This document shows positions 10,797 through 20,931 of a stretch of 64,000 nucleotides of DNA, in pieces. Within the stretch, counting starts at the first letter, position 1. Every line of letters starts with the position of its first letter. Made by a program: the position numbers and the translations under genes. Source of the stretch: an uncultured Planctomycetaceae bacterium (GTDB taxonomy: Bacteria; Planctomycetota; Planctomycetia; Planctomycetales; Planctomycetaceae); contig CAIOTJ010000344.1 in NCBI GenBank assembly GCA_903861195.1, forward strand, positions 571 through 64,570, read 5' to 3'. The notes below the pieces were generated by a model. The model saw only the letters and a program-made list of their open reading frames with translations, did not search any database and had not been told where the DNA came from.

Positions 10797-11738
10797 TTAC
10801 TCGCCCGCCTTTTTGGTGAGCGTGCGGAGGGGGCGGGGGCGTTTTTCGGGGGTCAGCGCGGGGCTTTTAGGGGCTGGGGGGGCGGCCGGGAATGGCGTTG
10901 CTGCCGCCTGGGCAACGGCTGTCGCGGCCAGCCTTGCCTGGGTCCGCTGCTGCAAAACGGCCGCCGCCGGAGAGAGTGGGGCTGCGACGCTCTCCAAGGG
11001 CAACGTCACGACGAACCGCGTCCCCCGGCCGACTTCCGATTCCACCCGAATCGCGCCGCCGTGCGACTGAATCACATCCTGGCACAGCGACAGCCCGAGG
11101 CCGTTGCCTCCCTGGCCCTTCTCATCTGCCTGTTTCGTGGTGAAAAACGGCTGGAACAGCCGGGCCAGGTGCTCGGGGGCGATGCCTGTGCCGGTGTCTT
11201 GCACCCGAATCTCGGCGATTTTCTGCCCGACGTCGGCCGCCAGGGCCACCGTCAGTACCCCTCCCTGGGGCATTGCTTGTCGGGCGTTCACCAAGAGGTT
11301 GAGCACAACCTGCTGGATCTGTCCCGCGTTGACCGCACTGCAGACGGGATGAGCCGGCAGGCTGGTTTCGAGCCGGACCCGGTGGTGTTCGAGGTCCTTT
11401 TCGACCAGCAGCAAGACATCGCGGATCAAGACCCCGAGATCGGTCGCCTCGCGGCGTTCCGTCCCTCGGCGGGAGTACGACAGGAGGCCGGTGGTGATGC
11501 GACTGGCGCGTTGGCCGGCGGCGAGAATCTTCTCGAACGCCTTGGTCCGCGACTCGGCATCCTGGTGCCGCAGGCCGAGCTTGGCATAGTTGATGACGGT
11601 CGTGAGCACGTTGTTGAACTCGTGCGTGATCGACGAGGCCAGCTCCCCCACCGAGGTCAGGCGTTGGGCCCGCAGCAACTGGTGCTGCAGTTGCTCGACT
11701 TGGTGTTGCAGCCGCGCAACTTCAGGATCGGTGTGCAT
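10797..11738 (-). CDS. soluble sensor histidine kinase (HisKA + HATPase_c, no sensor or TM domain)
   Basis: H-box SITHEFNNVLT, N-box LLVNARQAM, G1 DTGTGI and G2 GNGLGLSL are present. The N-terminus is only a short coiled coil (MHTDPEVARLQHQVEQLQHQLLRAQ). Start set to the ATG at 11736-11738. The C-terminal roughly 70 aa are Ala/Pro-rich. Confidence 0.85.
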   Translation of the reverse strand: MHTDPEVARLQHQVEQLQHQLLRAQRLTSVGELASSITHEFNNVLTTVINYAKLGLRHQDAESRTKAFEKILAAGQRASRITTGLLSYSRRGTERREATDLGVLIRDVLLLVEKDLEHHRVRLETSLPAHPVCSAVNAGQIQQVVLNLLVNARQAMPQGGVLTVALAADVGQKIAEIRVQDTGTGIAPEHLARLFQPFFTTKQADEKGQGGNGLGLSLCQDVIQSHGGAIRVESEVGRGTRFVVTLPLESVAAPLSPAAAVLQQRTQARLAATAVAQAAATPFPAAPPAPKSPALTPEKRPRPLRTLTKKAGE

Positions 11739-11849
11739 GGTGGTGAAATATCTGGACAGGCGTGAGTCGTGCGGAACGGAAAGACGGCTTACCCTCAAGA
11801 TCGGCAAAATTGATACGGCGGGCGAATTCCCCAGTTGTCCCCCGCATAC

Positions 11850-11879
11850 TTGACATTGTCGACAGGGGCCCTCTATCGT
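11850..11879 (+). promoter_or_regulatory. sigma70-type promoter candidate TTGACA-N18-TATCGT for the DUF1501/PPC/PSD cassette
   Basis: tacTTGACAttgtcgacaggggccctcTATCGTatc. The -35 is exact and the -10 fits TAnnnT. It is intergenic and oriented toward the gene starting at 12061. Confidence 0.5.
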
Positions 11880-12060
11880 ATCACCAAGCGCTCATGTGTT
11901 GCCCAAGGACTGGACGGACTGCGCGTTCCCGCCTCTCAGCCCCGCCCGCACTCGATTCGTGTCTCTGGCTTCGGTTTTTTCGATGCCAAGAGAGAATCGA
12001 TCGTTGTGATTCCCTTGCAGTTTGACAGATTCTGTTCTTTTCAGGAGTTGGTGTTTCCAC

Positions 12061-13410
12061 ATGGATACTCCCCCTCGTCCAATTACCGGGACCTGGTCTG
12101 ACGATCCCGCCCATTTCCGCAAGGTCAACCGCCGCAATTTCCTGACGGTGGGGGCTTTGGCGGGGTTTGGCAGCCTGACTCTGGCCGACTTGCTGCGGAG
12201 CGAAGCCCGGGCGGAAAAGAAGGACTACGCGAGCTTCGAGGGAACGGCGAAGTCGATCATCCACATCTTCCTGCCCGGGGGGATGGCCCACCAGGAGTCG
12301 TTTGATCCGAAGCCCTACGCCCCCATTGAATATCGGGGCGAAATGGGCAACGTGCAGACCAAGGTGCCGGGCGTGCTGTTTGGCGACACTCTGACCAAGA
12401 CGGCGGCCTTGGCCGACAAGCTGTGCGTGGTGCGGTCGATGACGCACGGCGAGGCGGCGCACGAGCGTGGCACTCACAACATGTACACCGGGTACCGTCC
12501 CAGCCCGGCGCTGCAGTACCCCAGCATCGGCTCGGTGATCAGCCATGAATACGGCCCGCGGAATAACCTGCCGCCGTACGTCTGCATTCCGACGCTGCCC
12601 AACATCTACGCCGGGACCGGCTACCTGAGCTCGGCCTTCTCGCCGTTCTGCCTCGGCAGCGACCCGGCGGGGGGCGGTTTCAAGGTGCAGGACCTGGGAT
12701 TGCCGGGCGGCATCGACGACAGCCGGTTCTCGACGCGGCGGACGATGTTGTCGGCGGTGAACCAGCACTTCCAGAAGAAGGAAGCGTCGGACCTGCTGAA
12801 CGCGATGGACACCTTCTACGACCGGGCCTACAGCCTGATCAGTTCGCAGCAGGCTCGCGAGGCGTTCAATATCGAGGCCGAGCCTGCCGCCTTGCGGGAT
12901 GCCTACGGCCGCAACACCGCCGGGGCCCGTATGTTGCTGGCCCGCCGGTTGGTACAGGCGGGGGTTCGCCTGGTGAATCTGACCTACGGCGGCTGGGACA
13001 TGCACAACGCGATTGTGCCGGGGTTCCGTGGTCAGATGCCGGCGTTCGATCAGGCGTTCGCCACCCTGATCAGCGATCTGGAAGCGACCGGGTTGTTGAA
13101 GGAGACGGTGGTGATGGTGTCGTCCGAATTCGGGCGGACGCCGAAGATCAACGCGACTGCCGGCCGCGACCACTGGCAGAAGGTGTTCAGCGTGGTGCTG
13201 GCGGGGGGGGGCCTCATGGGGGGCAGCGTGTTTGGTTCGTCGAACGCGACCGCCTCGGAGCCGGAAGAGAACGCGATTGGTCCCGAGGACTTGTTCTACA
13301 CCGTGTATCACACGCTGGGGATTGTGGGAGACAAGGAGTTGATGGCTCCTGGCGATCGTCCGATCGAGATCATCGACGGCGGCCAGGTGCGGAAGGAACT
13401 GTTGTCGTAA
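12061..13410 (+). CDS. DUF1501 domain-containing protein (Tat signal)
   Basis: RRNFLTVGALAGFGSLTLA is a Tat-type signal. IHIFLPGGMAHQESFDPKP, VRSMTHGEAAHERG and SSEFGRTPKIN..GRDHW are DUF1501 hallmarks. The ATG at 12061 is preceded by AGGAG, whereas the track start at 12022 is a TTG. Confidence 0.9.
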   Translation: MDTPPRPITGTWSDDPAHFRKVNRRNFLTVGALAGFGSLTLADLLRSEARAEKKDYASFEGTAKSIIHIFLPGGMAHQESFDPKPYAPIEYRGEMGNVQTKVPGVLFGDTLTKTAALADKLCVVRSMTHGEAAHERGTHNMYTGYRPSPALQYPSIGSVISHEYGPRNNLPPYVCIPTLPNIYAGTGYLSSAFSPFCLGSDPAGGGFKVQDLGLPGGIDDSRFSTRRTMLSAVNQHFQKKEASDLLNAMDTFYDRAYSLISSQQAREAFNIEAEPAALRDAYGRNTAGARMLLARRLVQAGVRLVNLTYGGWDMHNAIVPGFRGQMPAFDQAFATLISDLEATGLLKETVVMVSSEFGRTPKINATAGRDHWQKVFSVVLAGGGLMGGSVFGSSNATASEPEENAIGPEDLFYTVYHTLGIVGDKELMAPGDRPIEIIDGGQVRKELLS

Positions 13411-13740
13411 CAGTTTGTGGAAGAGAAGCTGCCCGGTGCGGAACGGGATGTGACCGCCCCGGGCAGTCCGCATGCAGAGACTGAGTTGCCGGCCGGCCCC
13501 CACGAAATGGAATTCCGGGGCTGGTGGATGCCTCGCTGGTATGCCGGGGCCGGAACGGATCACATCAGGCAGCGCTCGCCATGATGGAATTCAGTCTGCT
13601 GGGTTTTGAGCCAGGCTGGGAGTTGGGGTCGGAGCGGCCCCTGACGGCCCTTGTGAGCCGCCGACCGCCATTCGCCCGCTGGTGTTTTTGTGTTTCCTGA
13701 GGACCCCGTGATGGGGTGTTCTTTCCAGGACCTGACGACC

Positions 13741-16215
13741 ATGAAATCTGATCTGTCCGCGCGGCTGTGGCTGTTTCGAAGCCTGCTGTTGGGAGGCTGT
13801 CTGCTGCAGTTCGCCACGCTGGCCTGGGGGGCTTCTCCCTCGCTGGGTGGACTTTCGCCCCGGGGCGGACAACGGGGCACCGAGGTGGAGGTGACCCTCT
13901 CGGGAGGTCAACTGCAGGACGCCCAGGAAGTGTTGTTTTACGAGGCCGGCATCGAAGTCACCAAGTTCGAGGTGGTGAACGCCGGGGCGGTCAAGGCGAT
14001 GTTCAAGATCTTGCCCGAGGCCGAGTTGGGGAGCCACCGGCTGCGACTGCGGACCGCCACGGGGATCACAGAGCTGCGTCCGTTTTTTGTCGGAGCGCTG
14101 CCGGAGGTGGCTGAGAAGGAACCGAACAGCGAGTTCTCGACCCCACAGGCGATTCCCCTGAACGTCACTGTGACGGGGGTGGCCGATTATGAGGATGTGG
14201 ATTACTACGTAGTCGAGGCGAAGAAGGGAGATCGCCTGACTGCGGAAGTCGAGGGAATTCGACTGGGGATCACGTTCTTCGACCCGTATGTGGCGATTCT
14301 GAACGCTGCCCGGTTCGAGCTGGCTTCGAGCGACGACAACGCCCTTGTCTGGCAGGATGGCGCGGCGTCGATTGTGGTTCCCGAGGATGGCAAGTACTAC
14401 GTCCAGGTGCGGGAGAGTTCGTACCAGGGGAATGGCTCGTGCATCTACCGGATGCACGTCGGCACCTTCCCGCGCCCCCTGGCGGTGATTCCCGCCGGTG
14501 GACGGCCTGGCGAGGCGTTGACCGTCAAGTATCTGGGGGATGCCCTCGGCGAAAAGACCGAGTCGATCACCCTGCCGTCGTCCCCCTCGCAAGCATTCGG
14601 TTTGTTCGCCAAGGATGAGCGGGGTATTGCTCCGTCGAAGACCTGGTTTCGGATCTCGGAACTGTCGAATACGCTGGAGGCCGAGCCGAACGAAACGCAC
14701 GACAACGCGACCCGGTTCGCCGCCCCCGCGGCGTGCAACGGCGTGATTGACAAACCGGGCGATTCCGACAGCTTCCGGTTCACCGCGAAAAAGGGAGAGG
14801 CGTACGACATTCGGGTGCATGCCCGCAGCATTCGTTCGCCGCTGGATCCGGTTTTGACGCTGTTCGCCGCGGGAGGTGGGGCGATTGCCGCGAATGACGA
14901 CAATGGGGGGCCCGATGCCTACATTCGCTTTGGTGTGCCGAACGATGGCGATTACGTTTTGCAGGTGCGGGACCACCTGGGGAACGGCGGGGCGCATTAT
15001 GCTTACCGAATCGAATTGACGCCGATCAAGCCGGCGCTCTCGATGGGGGTCGCCGAGTTCGTGCAGTACGTGCAGCCGACGGTGGCGGTTCCCAAGGGGA
15101 ACCGGTTTGGGGTGGTGTTGACCGCGAGCCGGGTCGACTTTGGCGGTCCGTTGGCGCTGCGGGCCGAGAACCTGCCGCCGGGAATTACCATGGAGACCCC
15201 GGGGATGACCGCCGGGCAGAGCGTGGTGCCGGTGATTTTCCATGCCACACCCGAAGCCCAGGTGAGCGGCAAGCTGGCCGACATCATTGCGTCGTTGAAC
15301 GACCCCAACCAGCCGAACCTCAAGGTGGAGGGGGTGGTGAACCAGCCGATGACACTGGTGCGCGGGCAGAACAACATTCCTGTATGGACCGAGCAGACAT
15401 CGAAGCTGCCGGTTGCGGTGGCGGAGGAAGCGCCGTTCGTGTTGCAGATTGTGGAGCCGAAGGTTCCCATCGTCCGCAATGGGCAGATGGAGTTGAAGGT
15501 GGTGGCGACCCGCAAGGAGGGGTTTAAGGCGCCGATCAAGATCGACCTGCTGTGGGTACCTCCGGGATTGGGGGCGAGTGGTTCGATTTCGATTGCCGAG
15601 GGACAGAACGAGGCGGTCATTCCTATGAACGCCGCGGGGAACGCCGAGCTGGCGACCTGGAAGATCGCGGTCCGGGGAGAATCGAACCCGGGGGCCGGGA
15701 ACGTGATGGTCTGCACGCCGTTCTGCGACCTGAAGGTGGCCGAGATGTACATGACCCTGGCGTTCGACCAGGCGGCGGTAGAGCAGGGGAAGGAGACCGA
15801 GGTGGTGGTCAAGATGACGAAACAGGCCGACTTCCCCGGGAACGCCAAAGTGGAGCTTTTGGGATTGCCGGCACAGGTGACGGCCGCCGCGTTGGAAGCG
15901 ACCAAAGATTCGACCGATCTGGTCTTCAAGGTGGTGACGGCCGCCGCGTCTCCGGCGGGGAACCACAACTCGTTGTTCTGTCGGATCACGGTGACCGAGA
16001 ATGGGGAACCGGTGATTCACAACATTGGGACAGGCAAGCTGCGGATCGACGTGCCGTTGCCTCCCAAAAAGAATGAGCCGATGCCGGCCGCTCCGGCCCC
16101 GATGCCGGCGGCGACTCCTGACCAGCCTCCTCCGAAGCGTCTGACGCGACTGGAGCAATTGCGGTTGGAGCAGCAGGAGCGTGACAAGGCCAAAAAGGAG
16201 GGGGCCAAGAAATGA
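13741..16215 (+). CDS. secreted pre-peptidase C-terminal (PPC) domain repeat protein
   Basis: Signal peptide MKSDLSARLWLFRSLLLGGCLLQFATLAWG. Two PPC-like modules are present (EKEPNSEFSTPQAIP...DVDYYVVEAKKGDRLTAEV...; EAEPNETHDNATRF...GDSDSFRFTAKKGEAYDIRVHA...DPVLTLF...NDDNGGPDAYIRF). These are followed by Ig-like beta modules and a Pro-rich then Lys/Glu-rich tail. Confidence 0.8.
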   Translation: MKSDLSARLWLFRSLLLGGCLLQFATLAWGASPSLGGLSPRGGQRGTEVEVTLSGGQLQDAQEVLFYEAGIEVTKFEVVNAGAVKAMFKILPEAELGSHRLRLRTATGITELRPFFVGALPEVAEKEPNSEFSTPQAIPLNVTVTGVADYEDVDYYVVEAKKGDRLTAEVEGIRLGITFFDPYVAILNAARFELASSDDNALVWQDGAASIVVPEDGKYYVQVRESSYQGNGSCIYRMHVGTFPRPLAVIPAGGRPGEALTVKYLGDALGEKTESITLPSSPSQAFGLFAKDERGIAPSKTWFRISELSNTLEAEPNETHDNATRFAAPAACNGVIDKPGDSDSFRFTAKKGEAYDIRVHARSIRSPLDPVLTLFAAGGGAIAANDDNGGPDAYIRFGVPNDGDYVLQVRDHLGNGGAHYAYRIELTPIKPALSMGVAEFVQYVQPTVAVPKGNRFGVVLTASRVDFGGPLALRAENLPPGITMETPGMTAGQSVVPVIFHATPEAQVSGKLADIIASLNDPNQPNLKVEGVVNQPMTLVRGQNNIPVWTEQTSKLPVAVAEEAPFVLQIVEPKVPIVRNGQMELKVVATRKEGFKAPIKIDLLWVPPGLGASGSISIAEGQNEAVIPMNAAGNAELATWKIAVRGESNPGAGNVMVCTPFCDLKVAEMYMTLAFDQAAVEQGKETEVVVKMTKQADFPGNAKVELLGLPAQVTAAALEATKDSTDLVFKVVTAAASPAGNHNSLFCRITVTENGEPVIHNIGTGKLRIDVPLPPKKNEPMPAAPAPMPAATPDQPPPKRLTRLEQLRLEQQERDKAKKEGAKK

Positions 16216-18734
16216 GACTGCTGTCAGTACTTCGCCATCGAATCCAGCCGTTGAACCCGTTGTCTGTCTCTTCTCGCGTGTCTGCCATGGATGCCTCCCG
16301 ACGAATTCTGAAGGCCACGGTGGCCCTGTGTGCCGCGTTCCTGTGCTCGGGCAGCGGCCCGGGTTTCGCGCAGGAGGCTGTGGTGGACTCGCTGCGGGTC
16401 TATCCACCGGAAATCATTCTGGAGACGTCGCGCTCCCGGCAGTTGCTGGTGGTGCAGGCGGTGTATTCCGATGGGATCACCCGGGATGTCACCTCGCAAG
16501 CGCAGGTGCAATTGTCGAATGCGGCTCTGGTTCGCCAGGAAGGCTCGACGCTGTATCCCGCCGCGGATGGCGAAGGCCAGTTGACCGTCTCGTTCGGGGG
16601 TAAGAGCCTGGCGGTGCCGGTGAAGGTGACGAAGGCGGCCGAGAATCGCGACGTTTCGTTTCGTCTGGACATCATGCCGATCTTCATGAAGACCGGCTGC
16701 AACACGGGAAGCTGCCACGGGGCCGCCCGCGGCAAGGATGGATTCCGGCTGTCGCTCTTCGGGTTTGATCCCGAGGGAGACCACTATCGGCTGACGCGTG
16801 AACTGTCGGGACGGCGTCTGGACCTGGCGGTCCCTTCGAAGAGCCTGCTGATCGAGAAGGCGGTGGGGGCTGTGCCGCACACCGGGGGCAAGCGATTCGC
16901 CCCCGACAGCGAGATCTGCAAGGAGCTGGAGCGGTGGGTCGACGCGAACTGCCCGAATGATCCGCCGACGGTTCCCACCTGCACGAGCATCGCGATCTAT
17001 CCGACGCAGGCGGTGCTGGATGGCGAGGGAGAGAAACAGCAGGTGACGGTGATCGCGAAGTACAGTGACGGGACCACGCGCGACGTGACCTCGCTGTCGC
17101 TGTTTTTGTCGAATGATGACAGTGTGGCCAGCATCAACCCGGACGGGTCGGTGACGGCCGGTCAGCGGGGCGAGGCCTATATCATGGCCCGGTTCGCGAC
17201 GCACACCGTCGGCTCACAGTACATCGTGCTGCCCAAGGGACTGAAGTTTTCGTTCCCCCCGCAGACGCCGGTGAACTACGTTGACGAATTGGTGAACGCC
17301 AAGCTGCAGAAGCTGCGGATGGCCCCTTCGGCGGTGTGTGACGATGAGACGTTTCTGCGGCGGGTGTATCTCGACCTGACCGGCACGTTGCCGACCACGG
17401 AAGACTACCAGCGGTTTGTGCCCAGCCCCGATCCTCAGAAGCGGCTGAAGCTGATTGACGAACTGCTCGAGCGGAAGGAGTTCACCGAGATCTGGGTGCA
17501 GTACTGGGCCGAGTGGCTGATGATCCGGTCGAACAACGTCATCAGTCCGAAGGCGGCGCTGTTGTATTACAACTGGCTGGCGGACCAGATCGGTCGCAAC
17601 GTTCCGCTCGACAGGATGGTTCAAGAGCTGTTGTCGGCCAGCGGCGGCACATTCAAGGTGCCCCAGACGAACTACTACCAGAACGAGACCGACATTCTGA
17701 AGGTGGCCGAGAATGTGGCCCAGGTCTTCATGGGCATGCGGATCCAGTGTGCCCAGTGCCACAACCATCCGTTCGACCGCTGGACGATGGATGATTATTA
17801 CAGCTTCGCCGCGTTTTTCTCGCAGATTGGCCGCAAGGGAGGCGAGGACTACCGTGAGGCGATCATCTTCAACAGCGGCGGAGGCGAGGTGGCCCATCCG
17901 GTCGGTGGGAGGCAGATGCCTCCCAAGTTTTTGGGTGGAGCGCAGCCCGATCTGAAGGGGCAGGACCGGCGGGTGGTGATGGCCAAGTGGCTGGCGTCTC
18001 CCGAGAATCCGTACTTCGCGCAGAACTTTACAAATCGTGTGTGGTCCCACTTCTTCGGCCGGGGCATCATCGATCAGGTTGACGACGTGCGGATCAGCAA
18101 TCCCTCAGTGAATCCCGAGTTGCTGGCCGAATTGTCGAAGCGGTTCACCGAGTCGAATTACAACTTCAAGCAGTTGGTCCGCGACATTTGCCGCAGCGAC
18201 GCTTACCAGCGTTCGACGGCCCGCAACGACAGCAACAAGACCGACGAGAAGAACTTCGCGCATGCGAACCTGCGGCGGTTGAAGGCCGAGTCTCTGCTCG
18301 ACTGCATCAGCCAGGTGACCGGCACGAAGGACAAGTTCCCCGGTCTGCCGGTGGGGGCCCGGGCGGTACAGATTGTCGACGGGAACACTTCAACCTACTT
18401 CCTGACCACGTTTGGCCGGGCGAATCGCGAGACGGTCTGCAGCTGCGAAGTGAAGATGGAGCCGACGCTGTCGCAGGCGCTGCACCTGCTGAATGGCGAC
18501 ACGGTCAACGGGAAGATTCAGCAGGGAGGCCTGATCGCCAAGTGGCTGGGTGAGAAGGTCGAACCGCTGCAGATTGTCGAGCGGCTGTATGTGGGCTGTG
18601 TGGGGCGGAAGCCGACGGCTGAGGAAGTGGCGGCCTTCCAGCCCCTCTTCCCGGCGGGGGCCGATCCCAAGCCGGTGCTGGATGACCTGTTCTGGTCACT
18701 GCTCAACAGCCGCGAGTTCTTGTTCAACCACTAA
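16212..18734 (+). CDS. Ig-like (Big_2) + DUF1549/PSCyt2 + DUF1553/PSD1 protein
   Basis: DIMPIFMKTGCNTGSCHGAARGKDGFRLSLFGFD, VFMGMRIQCAQCHNHPFDRWTMDDYYSFAAFFSQIGRK and the C-terminal DUF1553 block (...TFGRANRETVCSCE...LNSREFLFNH) are present. The ATG at 16212 overlaps the upstream stop (ATGA). An alternative start at 16287 (MDASRRILKATVALCAAFLCSGSGPGFA) gives a clean signal peptide. Confidence 0.9.
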   Translation: MRLLSVLRHRIQPLNPLSVSSRVSAMDASRRILKATVALCAAFLCSGSGPGFAQEAVVDSLRVYPPEIILETSRSRQLLVVQAVYSDGITRDVTSQAQVQLSNAALVRQEGSTLYPAADGEGQLTVSFGGKSLAVPVKVTKAAENRDVSFRLDIMPIFMKTGCNTGSCHGAARGKDGFRLSLFGFDPEGDHYRLTRELSGRRLDLAVPSKSLLIEKAVGAVPHTGGKRFAPDSEICKELERWVDANCPNDPPTVPTCTSIAIYPTQAVLDGEGEKQQVTVIAKYSDGTTRDVTSLSLFLSNDDSVASINPDGSVTAGQRGEAYIMARFATHTVGSQYIVLPKGLKFSFPPQTPVNYVDELVNAKLQKLRMAPSAVCDDETFLRRVYLDLTGTLPTTEDYQRFVPSPDPQKRLKLIDELLERKEFTEIWVQYWAEWLMIRSNNVISPKAALLYYNWLADQIGRNVPLDRMVQELLSASGGTFKVPQTNYYQNETDILKVAENVAQVFMGMRIQCAQCHNHPFDRWTMDDYYSFAAFFSQIGRKGGEDYREAIIFNSGGGEVAHPVGGRQMPPKFLGGAQPDLKGQDRRVVMAKWLASPENPYFAQNFTNRVWSHFFGRGIIDQVDDVRISNPSVNPELLAELSKRFTESNYNFKQLVRDICRSDAYQRSTARNDSNKTDEKNFAHANLRRLKAESLLDCISQVTGTKDKFPGLPVGARAVQIVDGNTSTYFLTTFGRANRETVCSCEVKMEPTLSQALHLLNGDTVNGKIQQGGLIAKWLGEKVEPLQIVERLYVGCVGRKPTAEEVAAFQPLFPAGADPKPVLDDLFWSLLNSREFLFNH

Positions 18735-18847
18735 GGCTGACGAGGTTGGGAGGGCAGTTTGTCCTTGCCGGCACGTTTCCCCGCACTGAATCCTGCGGTT
18801 GGACTTGAGTGTCCGCCGTTGTCGAACTTCACGAAGATCTGTCGATC

Positions 18848-20908
18848 ATGATTGCATTCCGCCTGATTCGCCCCCTCTGCCTGCTTCTGTTGGGACTGGC
18901 CTGTTCCACGGCGTGGGCCGAGGAGAAACCAGCCGAGAAGATCACCTTCGTCGACCATGTGGTGCCGATCTTCCGTGCGAAGTGCGGCACGTGCCACAGT
19001 GCGGGTGAGGCGAAGGGTGGGCTGGTGCTGGAGAGTTACGGGGCCACGATGCAGGGGGGGGCTTCGGGAGCTGTGGTTGAGGTGGGGGATGTGGACGCCA
19101 GCCGGCTGTATGACCTGGTGTCGCATAAAGAGCAGCCGGCGATGCCTCCCAAAGAGCCGAAGATGTCGGACGAGTTCCTGACGACGATTCGCAAGTGGAT
19201 CGAAGGGGGGGCGCTCGAGAACAAAGACAGTGTGGTGAAGGCCAAGAAGAAGGCATCGTTTGCCCTGTCGACGACCGCCGTCTCGACCGACAAGCCGGAG
19301 GGGCCGCCGGCGATGCCGGAAAATCTCGCGACCGAGCCGCTGCTGGTCTCGAAGCGGGGGAACGCCGTGACCGCCCTGGCAGCGAGCCCTTGGGCGCCGC
19401 TTGCGGCGGTGGCCGGGCACCAGCAGGTGCTGTTGTATGACCTGACGAACTTCACCATGGCCGGGGCGTTGCCGTTTCCTGAGGGGACCGTGCATGTGCT
19501 GCGGTTCAGCCGGAATGGTTCGCTGCTGTTGGCGGCGGGGGGGCGGGGAGGACAGTCGGGGCGGGTGGTGGTGTTCGATGTGAAGACGGGGAACCGGGTG
19601 TTTGAAATCGGCAGTGAGACCGAAGTGGTGCTGGGGGCCGATATTTCGCCCGATCACAGCCAGATTGCCCTGGGTGGCCCCCGGAAGATGGTGCGGATCT
19701 ATTCGACCGCGGATGGCGAATTGCAGTACGAGATGAAGAAGCACACCGACTGGATCACCGCCGTCGAGTTCAGCCCCGATGGGGTGTTACTGGCGACGGG
19801 CGATCGCAGCAACGGTCTTGTGGTGTGGGAGGCGAATACGGGTCGCGAGTTCTACACCCTCAATGGGCACGGAGCGGCGGTGACCGGGATGAACTGGCGG
19901 GTCGATTCCAACGTGTTGGCCACCAGCAGTGAAGACACCACCGTGCGGCTGTGGGAGATGACGAACGGGACCCAGGTGAAATCATGGGGAGCGCACGGGG
20001 CGGGGGCCGCGTCGGTGACCTTTTTGCGTGACGGGCGACTGGTGTCGACCGGACGTGACCGTGTGACCAAGATCTGGGATCAGAACGGAGCGCAGCAACT
20101 CGCGCTGACTGCGCTGCCCGATCTGGGGCTGAAGACGACGTTCTCGGAACCTTTGGGGCTGGTGCTGGCTGGAGACTGGACCGGTACGGTGAAGGTATTC
20201 GCCGCGGCGAATGGCGCGGAACTGGGGAACCTGGTAACGAACCCGGGTCCGGTGGCGGCGCGGCTTGAGGCGGCGAAGGTGGCCCTGGCAGCGGCGGAGG
20301 CCCCGGCGAAGGCGACGGCCGATCAACTGGCCGCTCTGCAGAAGCAGGTGACTGACAAGCAGGAGGCCGCCAAGGCAGCGGTGAAGGCCCACGCTGATGC
20401 CGAGGCGTCAATCCCGGTGTTGGCGGCCGAGCTCAAGAAGATCGAGGGAGAACTGCCTGCGCAGGCTGAGTTGGTGAAGGCGGCCGAGACCGCAGTCGCG
20501 ACCATCACGGCCCAACTGACCAAGGCCAAGGCCGATCTGGAAACGGCCGAGAAGGCGAATGACGCTGTGGCGATTGAGGCGGCCCGCAAGGTCGTCGAGA
20601 CCCAGGAGAAAGACCTCGCCACTGCGAAAAAGGCGGCCGAGGCGGCCGTCGGAACCAAGGCTGCTGCCGACAAGCTGCTGGCCGACTTGCAGGCGAAGCA
20701 CAAGGCCACGGTCGACGGGTTGCCCGGAATGAAAGCCGCCGCCGACAAGGCGGTTGCCGAGATGAACCCCACCCCCGAGATGCTGAAGGCGATCGAGGGG
20801 GCGACCACGGCGGCCAGGCAAGCGGCCGAGGTTTTGGCCCGGCACCAGTCGGCGGTGGCTCGGCTGACGGCCGACCTGACTCGAGGCGCGACCGCGGCTG
20901 GGAAATAA
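18848..20908 (+). CDS. PSCyt1 (CxxCH) + WD40 beta-propeller + Ala/Lys/Glu coiled-coil protein
   Basis: Signal peptide MIAFRLIRPLCLLLLGLACSTAWA. FVDHVVPIFRAKCGTCHSAGEAKGGL is the planctomycete cytochrome-c domain. Multiple WD repeats follow (...HTDWITAVEFSPDGVLLATGDRSNGLVVWE..., ...TSSEDTTVRLWE...). The C-terminal roughly 200 aa are an A/K/E-rich coiled coil. Confidence 0.85.
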   Translation: MIAFRLIRPLCLLLLGLACSTAWAEEKPAEKITFVDHVVPIFRAKCGTCHSAGEAKGGLVLESYGATMQGGASGAVVEVGDVDASRLYDLVSHKEQPAMPPKEPKMSDEFLTTIRKWIEGGALENKDSVVKAKKKASFALSTTAVSTDKPEGPPAMPENLATEPLLVSKRGNAVTALAASPWAPLAAVAGHQQVLLYDLTNFTMAGALPFPEGTVHVLRFSRNGSLLLAAGGRGGQSGRVVVFDVKTGNRVFEIGSETEVVLGADISPDHSQIALGGPRKMVRIYSTADGELQYEMKKHTDWITAVEFSPDGVLLATGDRSNGLVVWEANTGREFYTLNGHGAAVTGMNWRVDSNVLATSSEDTTVRLWEMTNGTQVKSWGAHGAGAASVTFLRDGRLVSTGRDRVTKIWDQNGAQQLALTALPDLGLKTTFSEPLGLVLAGDWTGTVKVFAAANGAELGNLVTNPGPVAARLEAAKVALAAAEAPAKATADQLAALQKQVTDKQEAAKAAVKAHADAEASIPVLAAELKKIEGELPAQAELVKAAETAVATITAQLTKAKADLETAEKANDAVAIEAARKVVETQEKDLATAKKAAEAAVGTKAAADKLLADLQAKHKATVDGLPGMKAAADKAVAEMNPTPEMLKAIEGATTAARQAAEVLARHQSAVARLTADLTRGATAAGK

Positions 20909-20931
20909 TGCGGAGATGGTTGCGGATGGAG

